Origin: an uncultured Bacilli bacterium
GTDB lineage: Bacteria; Bacillota_I; Bacilli_A; RF39; UBA660
DNA length: 34,616 nt
Assembly (NCBI GenBank): GCA_947626445.1
Contig: CANQSC010000003.1
Location: forward strand, 1 to 34,616
Direction: 5' to 3'
In this document: positions 19,568 through 29,831 of the stretch, in pieces
How positions within the stretch are numbered: position 1 is the stretch's first letter
Layout of the letters: every line of letters starts with the position of its first letter
The notes under the pieces: generated by a model
The model's database searches: none
What the model was told of the DNA's origin: nothing
What the model saw: the letters and a program-made list of their open reading frames with translations, nothing else
Translations under genes and position numbers: made by a program

Positions 19568-20128
19568 CTATAAGTAATTTATATATTCTAATTCTTTAAT
19601 AATTCGATTTTCATATTTAGATACAAGACTATTTATTTCAATTTCTTTTCTTTCAATATTTTTTATGGTATTTTTAACGTTATAATATATCTTTTTTATA
19701 CTTTGTTGATTATTTACTAAATCAGTTTTAATATTTAAAATTATTTCTTTTTCGGTTGGGCAAAAACTTAAATCCATATTGTTAATTAAATTTATAGAAT
19801 CAGCAATTTGATTTAAATATTTTTCAAAGATATTAAATAAAGAATTTTTGTTATCTTTTAAATAATAAATTTGTTTAGCAATTGGTTCATATTTAAAAAC
19901 TATACTTTTAAATATTTCATTTAATTCTTTTAAATCTAAAATAACTTTGTTTGATTCATTTTTTTGATAATTAATTTGATCTAAATATAATTTTGAATGT
20001 TCGTCTTGCCAGCAATCCATAGCTTGATTTAAGGCATTATAAAAATTCAAATAATTTAATTCATAAGAATCAATTATTTGTTTAATTTGTAAACTTTGTT
20101 TTTTTAATAGTTCTACGTCAATTCTCAT
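19568..20128 (-). CDS. WXG100-like protein (central WQD) with helical extension
   Basis: MRIDVELL start and CWQDEHS at the hairpin position. Confidence 0.6.
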   Translation of the reverse strand: MRIDVELLKKQSLQIKQIIDSYELNYLNFYNALNQAMDCWQDEHSKLYLDQINYQKNESNKVILDLKELNEIFKSIVFKYEPIAKQIYYLKDNKNSLFNIFEKYLNQIADSINLINNMDLSFCPTEKEIILNIKTDLVNNQQSIKKIYYNVKNTIKNIERKEIEINSLVSKYENRIIKELEYINYL

Positions 20129-20143
20129 AATTGCCTCATATTC

Positions 20144-20183
20144 TCTTAAATAAGTAAAATAAATTTATTTTACTTATTTAAGA
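20144..20183. repeat. Perfect 40-bp palindrome
   Basis: TCTTAAATAAGTAAAATAAA|TTTATTTTACTTATTTAAGA. Confidence 0.9.
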
Positions 20184-20202
20184 AAAAACAAATACGTTTT
20201 TT

Positions 20203-20847
20203 CTAATCATTTCCTGCAAATGCTTGAGCAATTTTACCTTCAGTATTTTTATAATTGGTAACAGTAGTATTTATTGCACTTTTTAATTGAGAACTACAAC
20301 CAGTAAAAGTTGTATTAATATTGTTCTTAATCGTATTTAATGATGCTAGTAAATTAGCTGCTGATTCGCCACCAATAAAACCACAAGTTTGAACAGCAGT
20401 TACAGCACGACTTAAGGCACCTTGAGCTGCACCATTAATAATTTGTAAACTATTAGTAGTTGTATTAGCAGCAGATAAGTCAATACCTCTTACCCCATTA
20501 ATGTTTTCTTTAATTACAGAAGTATTAAGTTCTTTACGTGTTGAGGTATAAGATGGTGCTGAAAAAGTAGCGCCAGTTTGATTAGCCCAATTTTGGCCAG
20601 CTGTTTTCATAGAATTAACAACACTTGTAAAAATTTTTTCAGCATCTTTTGTTAATTTATCCATTGCTGGTTTAACTGAGTCATTAAAATATTTTTGTGC
20701 ATTGCTGCATGCCCATAAATTTCCCATTTTGTCAACAAATTGTGATTGAAACTTTCCACATAAAATATCCATTGTGTCATTAGCTGCTGTAATAAAATTA
20801 TTCATTGATGTTCTAACAATTGCAGGATCAAAACCCATTAAAGCCAT
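20203..20847 (-). CDS. Tandem (double) WXG100-like protein, probable major T7SS substrate
   Basis: Start MALMGFDP after AAAGGAG. First half has WAC, second half has FIG; C-terminal YKNTE matches YxxxD/E. Confidence 0.65.
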   Translation of the reverse strand: MALMGFDPAIVRTSMNNFITAANDTMDILCGKFQSQFVDKMGNLWACSNAQKYFNDSVKPAMDKLTKDAEKIFTSVVNSMKTAGQNWANQTGATFSAPSYTSTRKELNTSVIKENINGVRGIDLSAANTTTNSLQIINGAAQGALSRAVTAVQTCGFIGGESAANLLASLNTIKNNINTTFTGCSSQLKSAINTTVTNYKNTEGKIAQAFAGND

Positions 20848-20891
20848 TTTTAGCTCTCCTTTCACTTGATAGTTTACCCTATCACAATTTA

Positions 20892-20951
20892 ATTATAATA
20901 AACTTTCTTTATTTTGCCAATTAAAGATAATTTTTTTGACGTTTTTTGACA
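20892..20951 (-). promoter_or_regulatory. Internal sigma-A promoter for the WXG100/effector genes with an upstream tandem direct repeat
   Basis: TTGGCA (20920-20915)-17-TATAAT (20897-20892). TGTCAAA and CGTCAAA at 20951-20945 and 20941-20935. Confidence 0.6.
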
Positions 20952-20952
20952 C

Positions 20953-21213
20953 TTATTTAGTAAATATAAATAATTCCGTACCATTTCTTATATCCGTATA
21001 AATAACTACTTCATTATTGTGATAAACTCGACAATTATCCTTATTTAATAAAATGTATTCTTCATTATTTGCAAATATAGTCCCCGTTAAATCTATTATT
21101 GATTTAATTAACATTTTTTTAATTTTCCAAATTACTTCATTTACTGGTAAAAATAAATCAAAAGTTTCATTTAAAGTTGGAACAGTTAATTTTATTAAAA
21201 CTTTATTTTCCAA
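20953..21213 (-). CDS. esaB: EsaB/YukD-like ubiquitin-fold T7SS protein
   Basis: 86 aa with FDLFLP...IRNGTELFI, directly downstream of essC. Confidence 0.75.
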   Translation of the reverse strand: MENKVLIKLTVPTLNETFDLFLPVNEVIWKIKKMLIKSIIDLTGTIFANNEEYILLNKDNCRVYHNNEVVIYTDIRNGTELFIFTK

Positions 21214-21215
21214 AA

Positions 21216-24200
21216 TTATTCCTCCTCTTTAGATATAAAATCAATTAATTTACATAAAATTGGGGTACTCTCTGATATAATATATCCCATTTGATTATTA
21301 TAATCTTTAGTCATATCTCTAGTAATATTTGATAAATGAAATAAAGTTTGATCCGCAATTCCTTTACCTACCCATAAGCCGTCATTTAAACTAAAAGTGC
21401 TAGTAAACCATTGCTCATAAGCATAATTTTTAACTTTGTTAGCACCATCTATAATAAGAGGATAAATTTTTTCATAAGTTTTTAATAAATTAAAGAAATT
21501 GGTTAATTTATCAGAATCAACTTTACTTATAAATTTATCAAGATTATAGATAATAATTATACCTTTTAAAGTATTTTTTTGATTAATTAAATTATTCATA
21601 TATTCTATAATACTATCCATTAATTGATCAAAATTTTCTGTGTAATAATTAGGATAAGTAATTTTATTTAAACTTAAGTCTTTACTAGAATCAATAATAA
21701 TTAATTGAGTATTTTTAAGATGACTTATTTCTTCTATTAAACTTAACGTAAAATTTTTAAGATTACCAATTTTATTAGATGTTATAATATTACCTAAATT
21801 AGTAGAAAAATCTAAAGAAAGAATTTCTAAATCATTTTTACTTATAGCAATTGGTAAAGATGTGACATCACTAAGATGTTCTTCAATATCTTTCAAACGA
21901 ATTATATTTGGTAAAGTCGGAATTTTACGAGCTTTGTTTTTATTTAAATTTTGTTGTTCTATGACAAAATCGTTAATTTCTTTAGTCATTTTAGAATCTA
22001 ATGGGAAAGGTGTGGCTGTTTGAAACTCATATACTTCATCAGTTCTAAATAAGCCTCGGCCAAAAATATTTTTAGGAATAATTTTAGTATGAACATCAAA
22101 TATAGAACGATAATCATTATCATCTTTTAATTTAAAGGCTATAATATTTGGACAATTTTGAGATATTTTAGTATGAACAGAATTAACTTGGTTAGCTGTT
22201 ATAATAAAGATTATTCCATAATGTTCTGAATCTCTTATTAATTCTGGTAATTCATCATATAAATCTTGATTAGCTTCATAAATACTATCATAATTATTCA
22301 TAATAATAGCTTTAATTGGTAACTTCTTTTCGTTTTTTTGATTATATAATTCAAAATCACCATTATAGTCTGATAAAATCTTTTTACGTTTTTTGATATC
22401 TTCTTTAATTAACTTCCATAAATTATTATATTTTTCGTCTTCAAGGGCTAAGACAAGACCACCAACATGAGGTAATTTAGAATATTTGACTAGTGATTCA
22501 GAACCATAATCAATTATATAAAAATTAATATCATCAGCTTGATAATTTTTAGCAGTTTCATAAATAATTGTATTTAATAAATTTTCATTTTCGCTACCAT
22601 CGTTTCCATAAATAATAGTATTGCCATTTTTTAAATAAGAATAGGTAACTAAATTTTGTTGTTGATATTGTGGAGCATCATACTCACCTATTATAATTTT
22701 TATTTCATCGGTTTTTTGATAATGATATTTATTTTCTAGAGAAGACACTAAAACATCAGATGGCAAACTTTCTAACCATAATCTTTTAGCTTTCATTCCT
22801 AAATTTTGCGATACCGAAATGATATTTTTTAAGATGGCTGTAATTTGTTCACCTTCAGCTTGAACATGATTTTGACTTGAAGCTTGAATGTTTTTAATAA
22901 AAGTGCCACTTTCATCGATAAAATTGATACTTCTATCTACTTGTTTAATAAGTTTTTCACTAGGATAATAATTAGCTCCAGCATAGGCAGATTGGCCTAA
23001 AACAAAATATTCGTCAAAACCAACTTGTAAATAAAATCTTCCGGTTTGCTTTATGGCCGCTGCTTCAGGTCGTTTTAGCATTTCTCTACTATCTTGTTCA
23101 TCACTTACTTTTAAACAAACCCGAAAACGAGTATTAGACCAAATTTGATCATTGACAACACCACTTGGTTTTTGAGTTGCTAAAATAAGATGAACCCCTA
23201 AACTACGACCAATACGCGCGACACTAATTAAATCATCCATAAAGTCAGGTTGATTAACTTTTAATTCAGCAAATTCATCGCATATGATAAATAAATGAGG
23301 AATTGGTGTATCTAATCGTCCTTCATTATAATATCTTTGATATTTATATATATCTATAGTACTTTCACTTAATTTATCTCTTGCTTCATTAAAAATAGTT
23401 TGTCTTCTTTTAATTTCACTATTAATACTTACTAATGCTCGGTCAATTTCTGACTTATCTAAATTGGTTATTGTTCCCGCTAAATGAGGTAAAACTAAAT
23501 TAGTAGTTTTATTTTCAAAGGCATAGGCTAAGCCCCCACCTTTATAGTCTATTAAAATAAATGCTACTTCTTCAGGACTATAATTAATTGCCAAAGATAA
23601 AATATAAGTAATAATAAATTCTGATTTACCTGAACCAGTAGTACCAGCTATTAAACCATGAGGTCCATGAAATTTTTCATGTAAATCCAAATATAATAAA
23701 TCACCATGTTCATCTACACCAACTTCAGCTTTTAAACTTAATGTTGCATCATTTCTCTGCCATCTATTTAAAATATTTAATTGCTCTACTTTACCTACTT
23801 TTTCCATCTCTAAAAAATTAATACTATTTGGTAATTGACTTAAATTATTTTCAAATTCAATAGGAATATTAGCTAAAGCTTTAACGATGTTACTCATGTT
23901 AAGGTTATAATGAATTTCATCAGTAAAACTACTTTTTTCTTGATTTTCATAAGCATTAATTAAAATCTCTGAGGTGCGGTCACCAATGGTAATAAAATTA
24001 TTACATTTACTTGGTAATTTACTCAATTTATTTTCAATAAACACAATACTAAAACCAAGATTTACATCTAATTCAGTTAAATCTTTAACAAAATCAAAAC
24101 GTTTAAATTCGTCTATTTCATCCATGATGATAAAATAATAAGGCTTAGGAGTATAATTTTTATTACTACTTTTAGCGATCCTTGAATTAAGTTCACTTTC

Positions 24201-25757
24201 TAGGTAATCAGCAATGGTTTTAGCACTTTCTTTATTAGTTGAAAAAAATCTTAATGTTTTTTCGTCATTAAAGTTATGATTTAAATATTTTAAGTATTCC
24301 CATAAATATGCGTTTTGCTCATTAGTAAATAAAACAATTTTGACATCTTCATATGTGTAAAAAGTTAAGATTTGTAAAAGTAAATTATTAACAAAGGCAA
24401 TAGTTTTTCCGGGAATACCCATAATTGCTGTTAGTTTGTGTTCATAAAATGAATAACCTAACGGAACATTTGGAATAAATTTATACTTTTCAATTAGATT
24501 TTCAGCTTGTTCTCTTAATTCATTTTCATCAACTTTAAAATCTTCTTCATTATATTCTACTTTAACATCTAGGGGTTGATTGCCAATTCCTACTCTAAGA
24601 GTTAGAAAATCACTTTGGTCAAGTCTTTTATCCCAAAAGTTCATGCTTTTATTGGCAATTGTGGAAAGACAATCTTCTATGGTTAGTAAATTTTCTAAAA
24701 TAATTACTTTTTGAAGTTCCTTTTCATCCGCGAAGGTTTTTTCTTTTTTGCTTAAATATTTATTGTATTTTTCAATGATTTCTTTATGGTGTTTCTTTTG
24801 TTGACGGCGATTATAAAATTGGGTTAATAATGGCCAAACTAACATGGATATTAACATAGCACTACTGGTAATTAATTGAGGCCAAGATTCGGCCATGGAT
24901 GTAGTTTTTCTAGTAATGCTAGTTATGGTACTTACTAGCATTGCTGCTCCCGTTACGCCCATTGTAAGCATTGGGCCAATTACTAAAATTAAAGGAAGTT
25001 CATTTTTGCTTTCTTCAGGTGGGGGACTTATTTTAATTGTTTTCGATTCAATTGTTCTTCTAAGTCTTGGCGCTTTAGAATAATAATCAACGGGTTGATA
25101 TAAATTGTTATCTTTTAATTCAATGTTTTTAGGAGGTTCTTCATTAACATAAACATGTGGTTTGATATTTGTTTTACCATTAATAATATTTAAATCTTTT
25201 TCAGAAGTTATAATTAAAAAGAAAGATTTTAAAAAGATTAACCTTATACCATAGATGTCTATTTCATCACCAATTTTTAAATAGGCACTCTTTTTTGAAT
25301 AAACTTTTTGATTAATGTATAAATTATTTTGACCTTTATTAATTATTTGAAGGCCTTGATTACCATTATTTAATTCAAATAAAATATTTTTAAAATATGG
25401 GCATTTATTTTTGATATTAACATTATTTTCGTTGCCAATTAAAAGTTCTAAGTTTGAAGGATATTCATAAGTTAATACCTTTTGAGTTAAAGGACTAGTT
25501 ACATAAATTAAAAATAATTTTTGATCTCTTTTAATAACATAGTATTCATTAACATTTAAAGCAACTTTTTTTACTGAGATTTGATTGCTATAAATATCCA
25601 TATCTTCTAAAGCATATAAAACCCATTTGCCATTTTGAGCTTCTATATTAATTAAACTATTTTTGTTTTTTTCATAATCAAAAGAATAACTACCAGAAAC
25701 GCTAGTAGGTAAACGAAAATTAATAAGTCGATCATTTAAATATAAAGTTATTATCAC
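21216..25757 (-). CDS. essC: Type VII secretion FtsK/SpoIIIE ATPase EssC
   Basis: N-terminal FHA-like region, two TMs, GPHGLIAGTTGSGKSE, IDYKGG, CDEFAEL and ARIGRSLGVHLILATQKP. Start is GTG 25757 or 25766. Confidence 0.93.
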   Translation of the reverse strand: MIITLYLNDRLINFRLPTSVSGSYSFDYEKNKNSLINIEAQNGKWVLYALEDMDIYSNQISVKKVALNVNEYYVIKRDQKLFLIYVTSPLTQKVLTYEYPSNLELLIGNENNVNIKNKCPYFKNILFELNNGNQGLQIINKGQNNLYINQKVYSKKSAYLKIGDEIDIYGIRLIFLKSFFLIITSEKDLNIINGKTNIKPHVYVNEEPPKNIELKDNNLYQPVDYYSKAPRLRRTIESKTIKISPPPEESKNELPLILVIGPMLTMGVTGAAMLVSTITSITRKTTSMAESWPQLITSSAMLISMLVWPLLTQFYNRRQQKKHHKEIIEKYNKYLSKKEKTFADEKELQKVIILENLLTIEDCLSTIANKSMNFWDKRLDQSDFLTLRVGIGNQPLDVKVEYNEEDFKVDENELREQAENLIEKYKFIPNVPLGYSFYEHKLTAIMGIPGKTIAFVNNLLLQILTFYTYEDVKIVLFTNEQNAYLWEYLKYLNHNFNDEKTLRFFSTNKESAKTIADYLESELNSRIAKSSNKNYTPKPYYFIIMDEIDEFKRFDFVKDLTELDVNLGFSIVFIENKLSKLPSKCNNFITIGDRTSEILINAYENQEKSSFTDEIHYNLNMSNIVKALANIPIEFENNLSQLPNSINFLEMEKVGKVEQLNILNRWQRNDATLSLKAEVGVDEHGDLLYLDLHEKFHGPHGLIAGTTGSGKSEFIITYILSLAINYSPEEVAFILIDYKGGGLAYAFENKTTNLVLPHLAGTITNLDKSEIDRALVSINSEIKRRQTIFNEARDKLSESTIDIYKYQRYYNEGRLDTPIPHLFIICDEFAELKVNQPDFMDDLISVARIGRSLGVHLILATQKPSGVVNDQIWSNTRFRVCLKVSDEQDSREMLKRPEAAAIKQTGRFYLQVGFDEYFVLGQSAYAGANYYPSEKLIKQVDRSINFIDESGTFIKNIQASSQNHVQAEGEQITAILKNIISVSQNLGMKAKRLWLESLPSDVLVSSLENKYHYQKTDEIKIIIGEYDAPQYQQQNLVTYSYLKNGNTIIYGNDGSENENLLNTIIYETAKNYQADDINFYIIDYGSESLVKYSKLPHVGGLVLALEDEKYNNLWKLIKEDIKKRKKILSDYNGDFELYNQKNEKKLPIKAIIMNNYDSIYEANQDLYDELPELIRDSEHYGIIFIITANQVNSVHTKISQNCPNIIAFKLKDDNDYRSIFDVHTKIIPKNIFGRGLFRTDEVYEFQTATPFPLDSKMTKEINDFVIEQQNLNKNKARKIPTLPNIIRLKDIEEHLSDVTSLPIAISKNDLEILSLDFSTNLGNIITSNKIGNLKNFTLSLIEEISHLKNTQLIIIDSSKDLSLNKITYPNYYTENFDQLMDSIIEYMNNLINQKNTLKGIIIIYNLDKFISKVDSDKLTNFFNLLKTYEKIYPLIIDGANKVKNYAYEQWFTSTFSLNDGLWVGKGIADQTLFHLSNITRDMTKDYNNQMGYIISESTPILCKLIDFISKEEE

Positions 25758-25839
25758 ATCAATCACCTTAATTATTCTCTATTAAATATTTTAACAAATA
25801 AAAAAGATAAAATAAAGAAGAATTATGTTGGTTTGATGG

Positions 25840-26547
25840 TTATTTTAAGATTTTCTTTTTTATTTTATCGTAAGAACGAGGATATTTACTATCGGTTAAG
25901 GATTTTTTTTGAATATCTAAGATAGTACGATGCCCAGCGTTATTAGGTAAGGTGAATTCTTCAGTTGAAATAATTGATGATGAAAGTTCTTTTAAAGCAC
26001 CTAAAGAATTATTTTGTTCTTCTAAAGTTATATTAGCTTTCATAATTAGAAAGTGACCATTTACTTTTAAAGTAGGAATTCCTAATTCAAGCAAAATTCT
26101 TAATTCGGCAACTGCACGAGAAGTTATATAGTCAAATTTTTCACGATTATATCTTGCATAATCTTCAGCTCTTTCTTCTACTAATGTGACATTTTTTAAA
26201 TTTAATTTAGAAATACATTCCTTTAAAAATTTGATTTTTTTATTATTTGAATCTAATAAAGTAACTTGTAAATTAGGATAAACAATTGCTAAGATGAGAC
26301 CTGGAAAACCTGCTCCAGTACCAATATCTAATAAAGATTGATTAGTAAAATTAGTTACTTTGGAAAGCGTTAAAGAATCATAAAAGTGTTTTAAGTAAAC
26401 TTCATCAAGATTTTTAATAGCTGTTAAATTAGTGTGTTCATTATAAGAAAGTAAAAAATTAGCATATGTTTTTAATTGTTCTTGTTGGTCACTAGTTAAA
26501 TCAATATTTAATTTAGTTAATTCATTTATAAATTCATTTTCTTTCAT
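25840..26547 (-). CDS. rsmG: 16S rRNA m7G527 methyltransferase
   Basis: NLTAI, KHFYDSL, DIGTGAGFPG and SRAVA; follows mnmG. Confidence 0.95.
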   Translation of the reverse strand: MKENEFINELTKLNIDLTSDQQEQLKTYANFLLSYNEHTNLTAIKNLDEVYLKHFYDSLTLSKVTNFTNQSLLDIGTGAGFPGLILAIVYPNLQVTLLDSNNKKIKFLKECISKLNLKNVTLVEERAEDYARYNREKFDYITSRAVAELRILLELGIPTLKVNGHFLIMKANITLEEQNNSLGALKELSSSIISTEEFTLPNNAGHRTILDIQKKSLTDSKYPRSYDKIKKKILK

Positions 26548-28405
26548 CTTTACCATATTCCTTTTTTAAATAAACACTTAAAATAGCTATATCACTTGGA
26601 TTCACCCCACTAATGCGAGCTGCTTGGGCGATTGTTAGAGGTCTTATTTGTTCAAATTTTTGACGAGCTTCAGAGGCTAAGTTTTTAACATTTTGATAAT
26701 TAAGATCAGATGGAATTTGCTTTTCTTCTAACTTAGCCATTTTTTCAACTTCTTTATAAGTTTTTTTGATGTATCCTTCGTATTTAGTCATGATTTCCAC
26801 TTCTTCTTGAATTTCTTTATCAAATGATATTTCTATAAATTCATTTAAAAATTTTAAAGTTATCTCTGTTCTTTTTAATAAAGCTAAGTAAGACATTGAG
26901 GTCGCTGGAACATTCATATTTTTTTCAATGAATTTTTCTTTAACTGAAGAAGTTATTTTTAATTTATTTTGTTTTAGAAATTCTTCTAATTCTTTTATTT
27001 GGGTTAGTTTATCTAAGTAATGTTTGTATTGTTCATCAGTAATACTACCTACTTTTTTAGCATATTCACGAAGTCTTAAATCAGCATTATCATGACGAAG
27101 AATTAAACGATATTCAGCTCTTGATGTTAACATACGATATGGTTCTTTAGTTCCCTTGGTTACTAAGTCATCTATTAAAACACCGATGTAAGCATCATTT
27201 CTTTTTAAGATTAAAGGGGCTTTTTGTTCAAGTTTTAAACTAGCATTAATACCAGCAAGAAGACCTTGGGCAGCAGCTTCTTCATAGCCACTTGTACCAT
27301 TAATTTGACCTGCTGTATAAAGATTATTAATAACTTTGTTTTCTAAAGATGGATATATTTGTAAAGGATTTATTGCATCATATTCGATAGCATAAGCATA
27401 TTTAGTTATAATGGCATTTTCTAGACCACTTAAACTATGAACCATTTTTTCTTGAATATCTCTTGGCATCGAAGTTGAAAATCCTTGTAAATACCATTCA
27501 TCATAGTAAAGACTTTCAGGCTCTAAAAAAAGTTGATGACGTTCTTTATCTTTAAAACGCACGAGTTTATCTTCAATGCTTGGACAATAACGAGGTCCAA
27601 CTCCGGTTACATATCCTCCATACATCGCTGATTTTTCTAAGTTATCCAAAATTATTTTATGAGTATTTTGATTAGTATAAATTAAATAACACTTTTGCTG
27701 TTCATTTGGATTATAAGTTGCTTTATTATCACAAGAAAAAGTCCAAAACTCATCATCACCTTTCTCTTCTTGCATTTTGGAAAAGTCAATTGATGAAGCT
27801 TTAATTCTTTGAGGAGTTCCCGTTTTTAATCTTTGAATTTCTAAACCATATTTTTTTAGATTATCACTTAAATGATTACTACGGTCTTCTCCATGAGGAC
27901 CGCCTTCCGTATTTTCACTACCAATTAAAATATTAGCTTTTAAATAAGTTCCGGTTGTTAAAATTACCGATTTACTATAAATTTCTTTACCATCAGCTAA
28001 AATAACCCCTTTTACTTCATTATTTTTAATAATTAAATCTTCAACTTTAGCTTCTAAAATTTCTAGATTAGGTGTTTCTTCTAAAGCTTTTAACATGTTT
28101 TTAGGATATGTTACTTTATCAGCTTGGGCTCTTAGAGAACGAACAGCAGGACCTTTAGAATTATTTAGCATTTTGATTTGAAAATGAGAAATATCGGCGA
28201 TTTTGCCCATAAGCCCTCCTAAAGCATCAATTTCTCTTACAATAATTCCTTTAGCAGAACCTCCTATTGAGGGATTACATGGCATATCGCCAATATTTTT
28301 TTTATTCATGGTAATTAGTAAGGTCTTATGGCCTTTAAAAGCTGAAATATGAGAAGCCTCTATTCCTGCATGACCTCCACCAACAACAATTATATCGTAA
28401 TTCAT
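26534..28405 (-). CDS. mnmG: tRNA uridine 5-carboxymethylaminomethyl modification enzyme
   Basis: GGGHAG, MPCNPSIGG, GPRYCPSIEDK, AGQINGTSGYEEAAAQG and SRAEYRL. Confidence 0.97.
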   Translation of the reverse strand: MNYDIIVVGGGHAGIEASHISAFKGHKTLLITMNKKNIGDMPCNPSIGGSAKGIIVREIDALGGLMGKIADISHFQIKMLNNSKGPAVRSLRAQADKVTYPKNMLKALEETPNLEILEAKVEDLIIKNNEVKGVILADGKEIYSKSVILTTGTYLKANILIGSENTEGGPHGEDRSNHLSDNLKKYGLEIQRLKTGTPQRIKASSIDFSKMQEEKGDDEFWTFSCDNKATYNPNEQQKCYLIYTNQNTHKIILDNLEKSAMYGGYVTGVGPRYCPSIEDKLVRFKDKERHQLFLEPESLYYDEWYLQGFSTSMPRDIQEKMVHSLSGLENAIITKYAYAIEYDAINPLQIYPSLENKVINNLYTAGQINGTSGYEEAAAQGLLAGINASLKLEQKAPLILKRNDAYIGVLIDDLVTKGTKEPYRMLTSRAEYRLILRHDNADLRLREYAKKVGSITDEQYKHYLDKLTQIKELEEFLKQNKLKITSSVKEKFIEKNMNVPATSMSYLALLKRTEITLKFLNEFIEISFDKEIQEEVEIMTKYEGYIKKTYKEVEKMAKLEEKQIPSDLNYQNVKNLASEARQKFEQIRPLTIAQAARISGVNPSDIAILSVYLKKEYGKDERK

Positions 28406-28419
28406 TTTTAACACGTCCT

Positions 28420-29775
28420 TTATTTACCAAGACAAAATCTTTTAAAAATATTATCAATTAATTCATCTTCATAATATTCGCCAATAATTTTGCCTAAGTT
28501 TTCCCAAGCACTTTTAAGTTCAATGGTAAGCATATCAATCGGAATATTTGCTTCATTATCTTTAATAACATTATTGATATTATTTAAAGCCTCTTTAGCT
28601 AATGTAATTTGTCTAGTGTTTGACAAGTAATTTAATTTTTTAGATTCAAGATTTTCTAAGCCAAAATTATTAATGATTTGGTCTTTTAATTCTTCGATTC
28701 CTTCCTTTTTTATAGTGCTTCCTAAGATTATTGGTAATTTAGTTTTAATTGGTTCAAGCTTGGTTTCTAAATCAGTTTTATTAATGAAAACAAGATTGTT
28801 TTTAGTTTCAAGTTGTTTTAAAAGTTCTTCTTCTGCACTTGTTATTTTTTCATTATTATTTAAAACTAAAATAGTTATATCAGCTGATTTCATAATTTCT
28901 TTACTTTTTTCAACACCAATTTTTTCGACAACATCACTAGTATCTCTAATACCTGCTGTATCTATTAGGTTAAGTAAAATACCTTTATGAATTAAACTAC
29001 CTTCAATAGAATCTCTAGTGGTTCCAGATATATTAGTTACAATGGCTTTATCTTCTTCTAGTAAAGCATTTAATAGAGAGGATTTACCAACATTAGGTTT
29101 ACCAATAATCGCCACATTTATCCCCTTTTTGATTAATTCACCATTTTTAGATTCTTTAATAATTTGTTCTAATTCATTTTTTACTTCAGTTAATATTGGA
29201 GTAAGGTTTTCTTTAGTAATTTGTAGTTCATCAACATATTCAGGATAATCAATATTTACTTCAATATTAGATAATAAACCAACTAATTTTTCTCTTAAAG
29301 AAGTAATTAATTCAGTTGTTTTTCCGGTTAAATGATTCATGGCTAAAATTGATTGATTATCAGTTTGAGATTCTAATAAATCTTCAACTGATTCGGCTTC
29401 AAGTAGATTAATGCGACCATTTAAGAAAGCTCTTTTTGTAAATTCACCAGGTTCAGCAAGACGGGCTCCATGTAAAAGTAAAATTTCTAAGATTTTATTA
29501 GTAACAGCATATCCTCCATGACAATTAATTTCCACAATATCTTCTAAAGTATAAGTTTTAGGGGCAAACATAACTGATACTAAAACTTCATCAATCTTTT
29601 CATTATTATCTACAATATAACCATAATGAATAGTATGAGATTTACAATTGTTAATTTTTTTATTAGAAAAAACTTCACTTAAAATATTAAGTGATTCTCT
29701 ACCACTCATTCTAATGATATTTATTGCTCCAACTCCAATATTATTAGTAGAAATAGCCACAATAGTATCGTCCAT
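28420..29775 (-). CDS. mnmE: tRNA modification GTPase
   Basis: GEFTKRAFLNG, GKPNVGKSSLLN, GTTRD, DTAGIR, NKTD and terminal FCLGK. Confidence 0.97.
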   Translation of the reverse strand: MDDTIVAISTNNIGVGAINIIRMSGRESLNILSEVFSNKKINNCKSHTIHYGYIVDNNEKIDEVLVSVMFAPKTYTLEDIVEINCHGGYAVTNKILEILLLHGARLAEPGEFTKRAFLNGRINLLEAESVEDLLESQTDNQSILAMNHLTGKTTELITSLREKLVGLLSNIEVNIDYPEYVDELQITKENLTPILTEVKNELEQIIKESKNGELIKKGINVAIIGKPNVGKSSLLNALLEEDKAIVTNISGTTRDSIEGSLIHKGILLNLIDTAGIRDTSDVVEKIGVEKSKEIMKSADITILVLNNNEKITSAEEELLKQLETKNNLVFINKTDLETKLEPIKTKLPIILGSTIKKEGIEELKDQIINNFGLENLESKKLNYLSNTRQITLAKEALNNINNVIKDNEANIPIDMLTIELKSAWENLGKIIGEYYEDELIDNIFKRFCLGK

Positions 29776-29800
29776 GTTTTCACCCCACTTACTGCAAGGT

Positions 29801-29829
29801 ATTATAGCAAACTAAAAAGAAATTGTCTA
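29801..29829 (-). promoter_or_regulatory. mnmE promoter
   Basis: TAGACA-17-TATAAT with extended TG. Confidence 0.65.
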
Positions 29830-29831
29830 TA

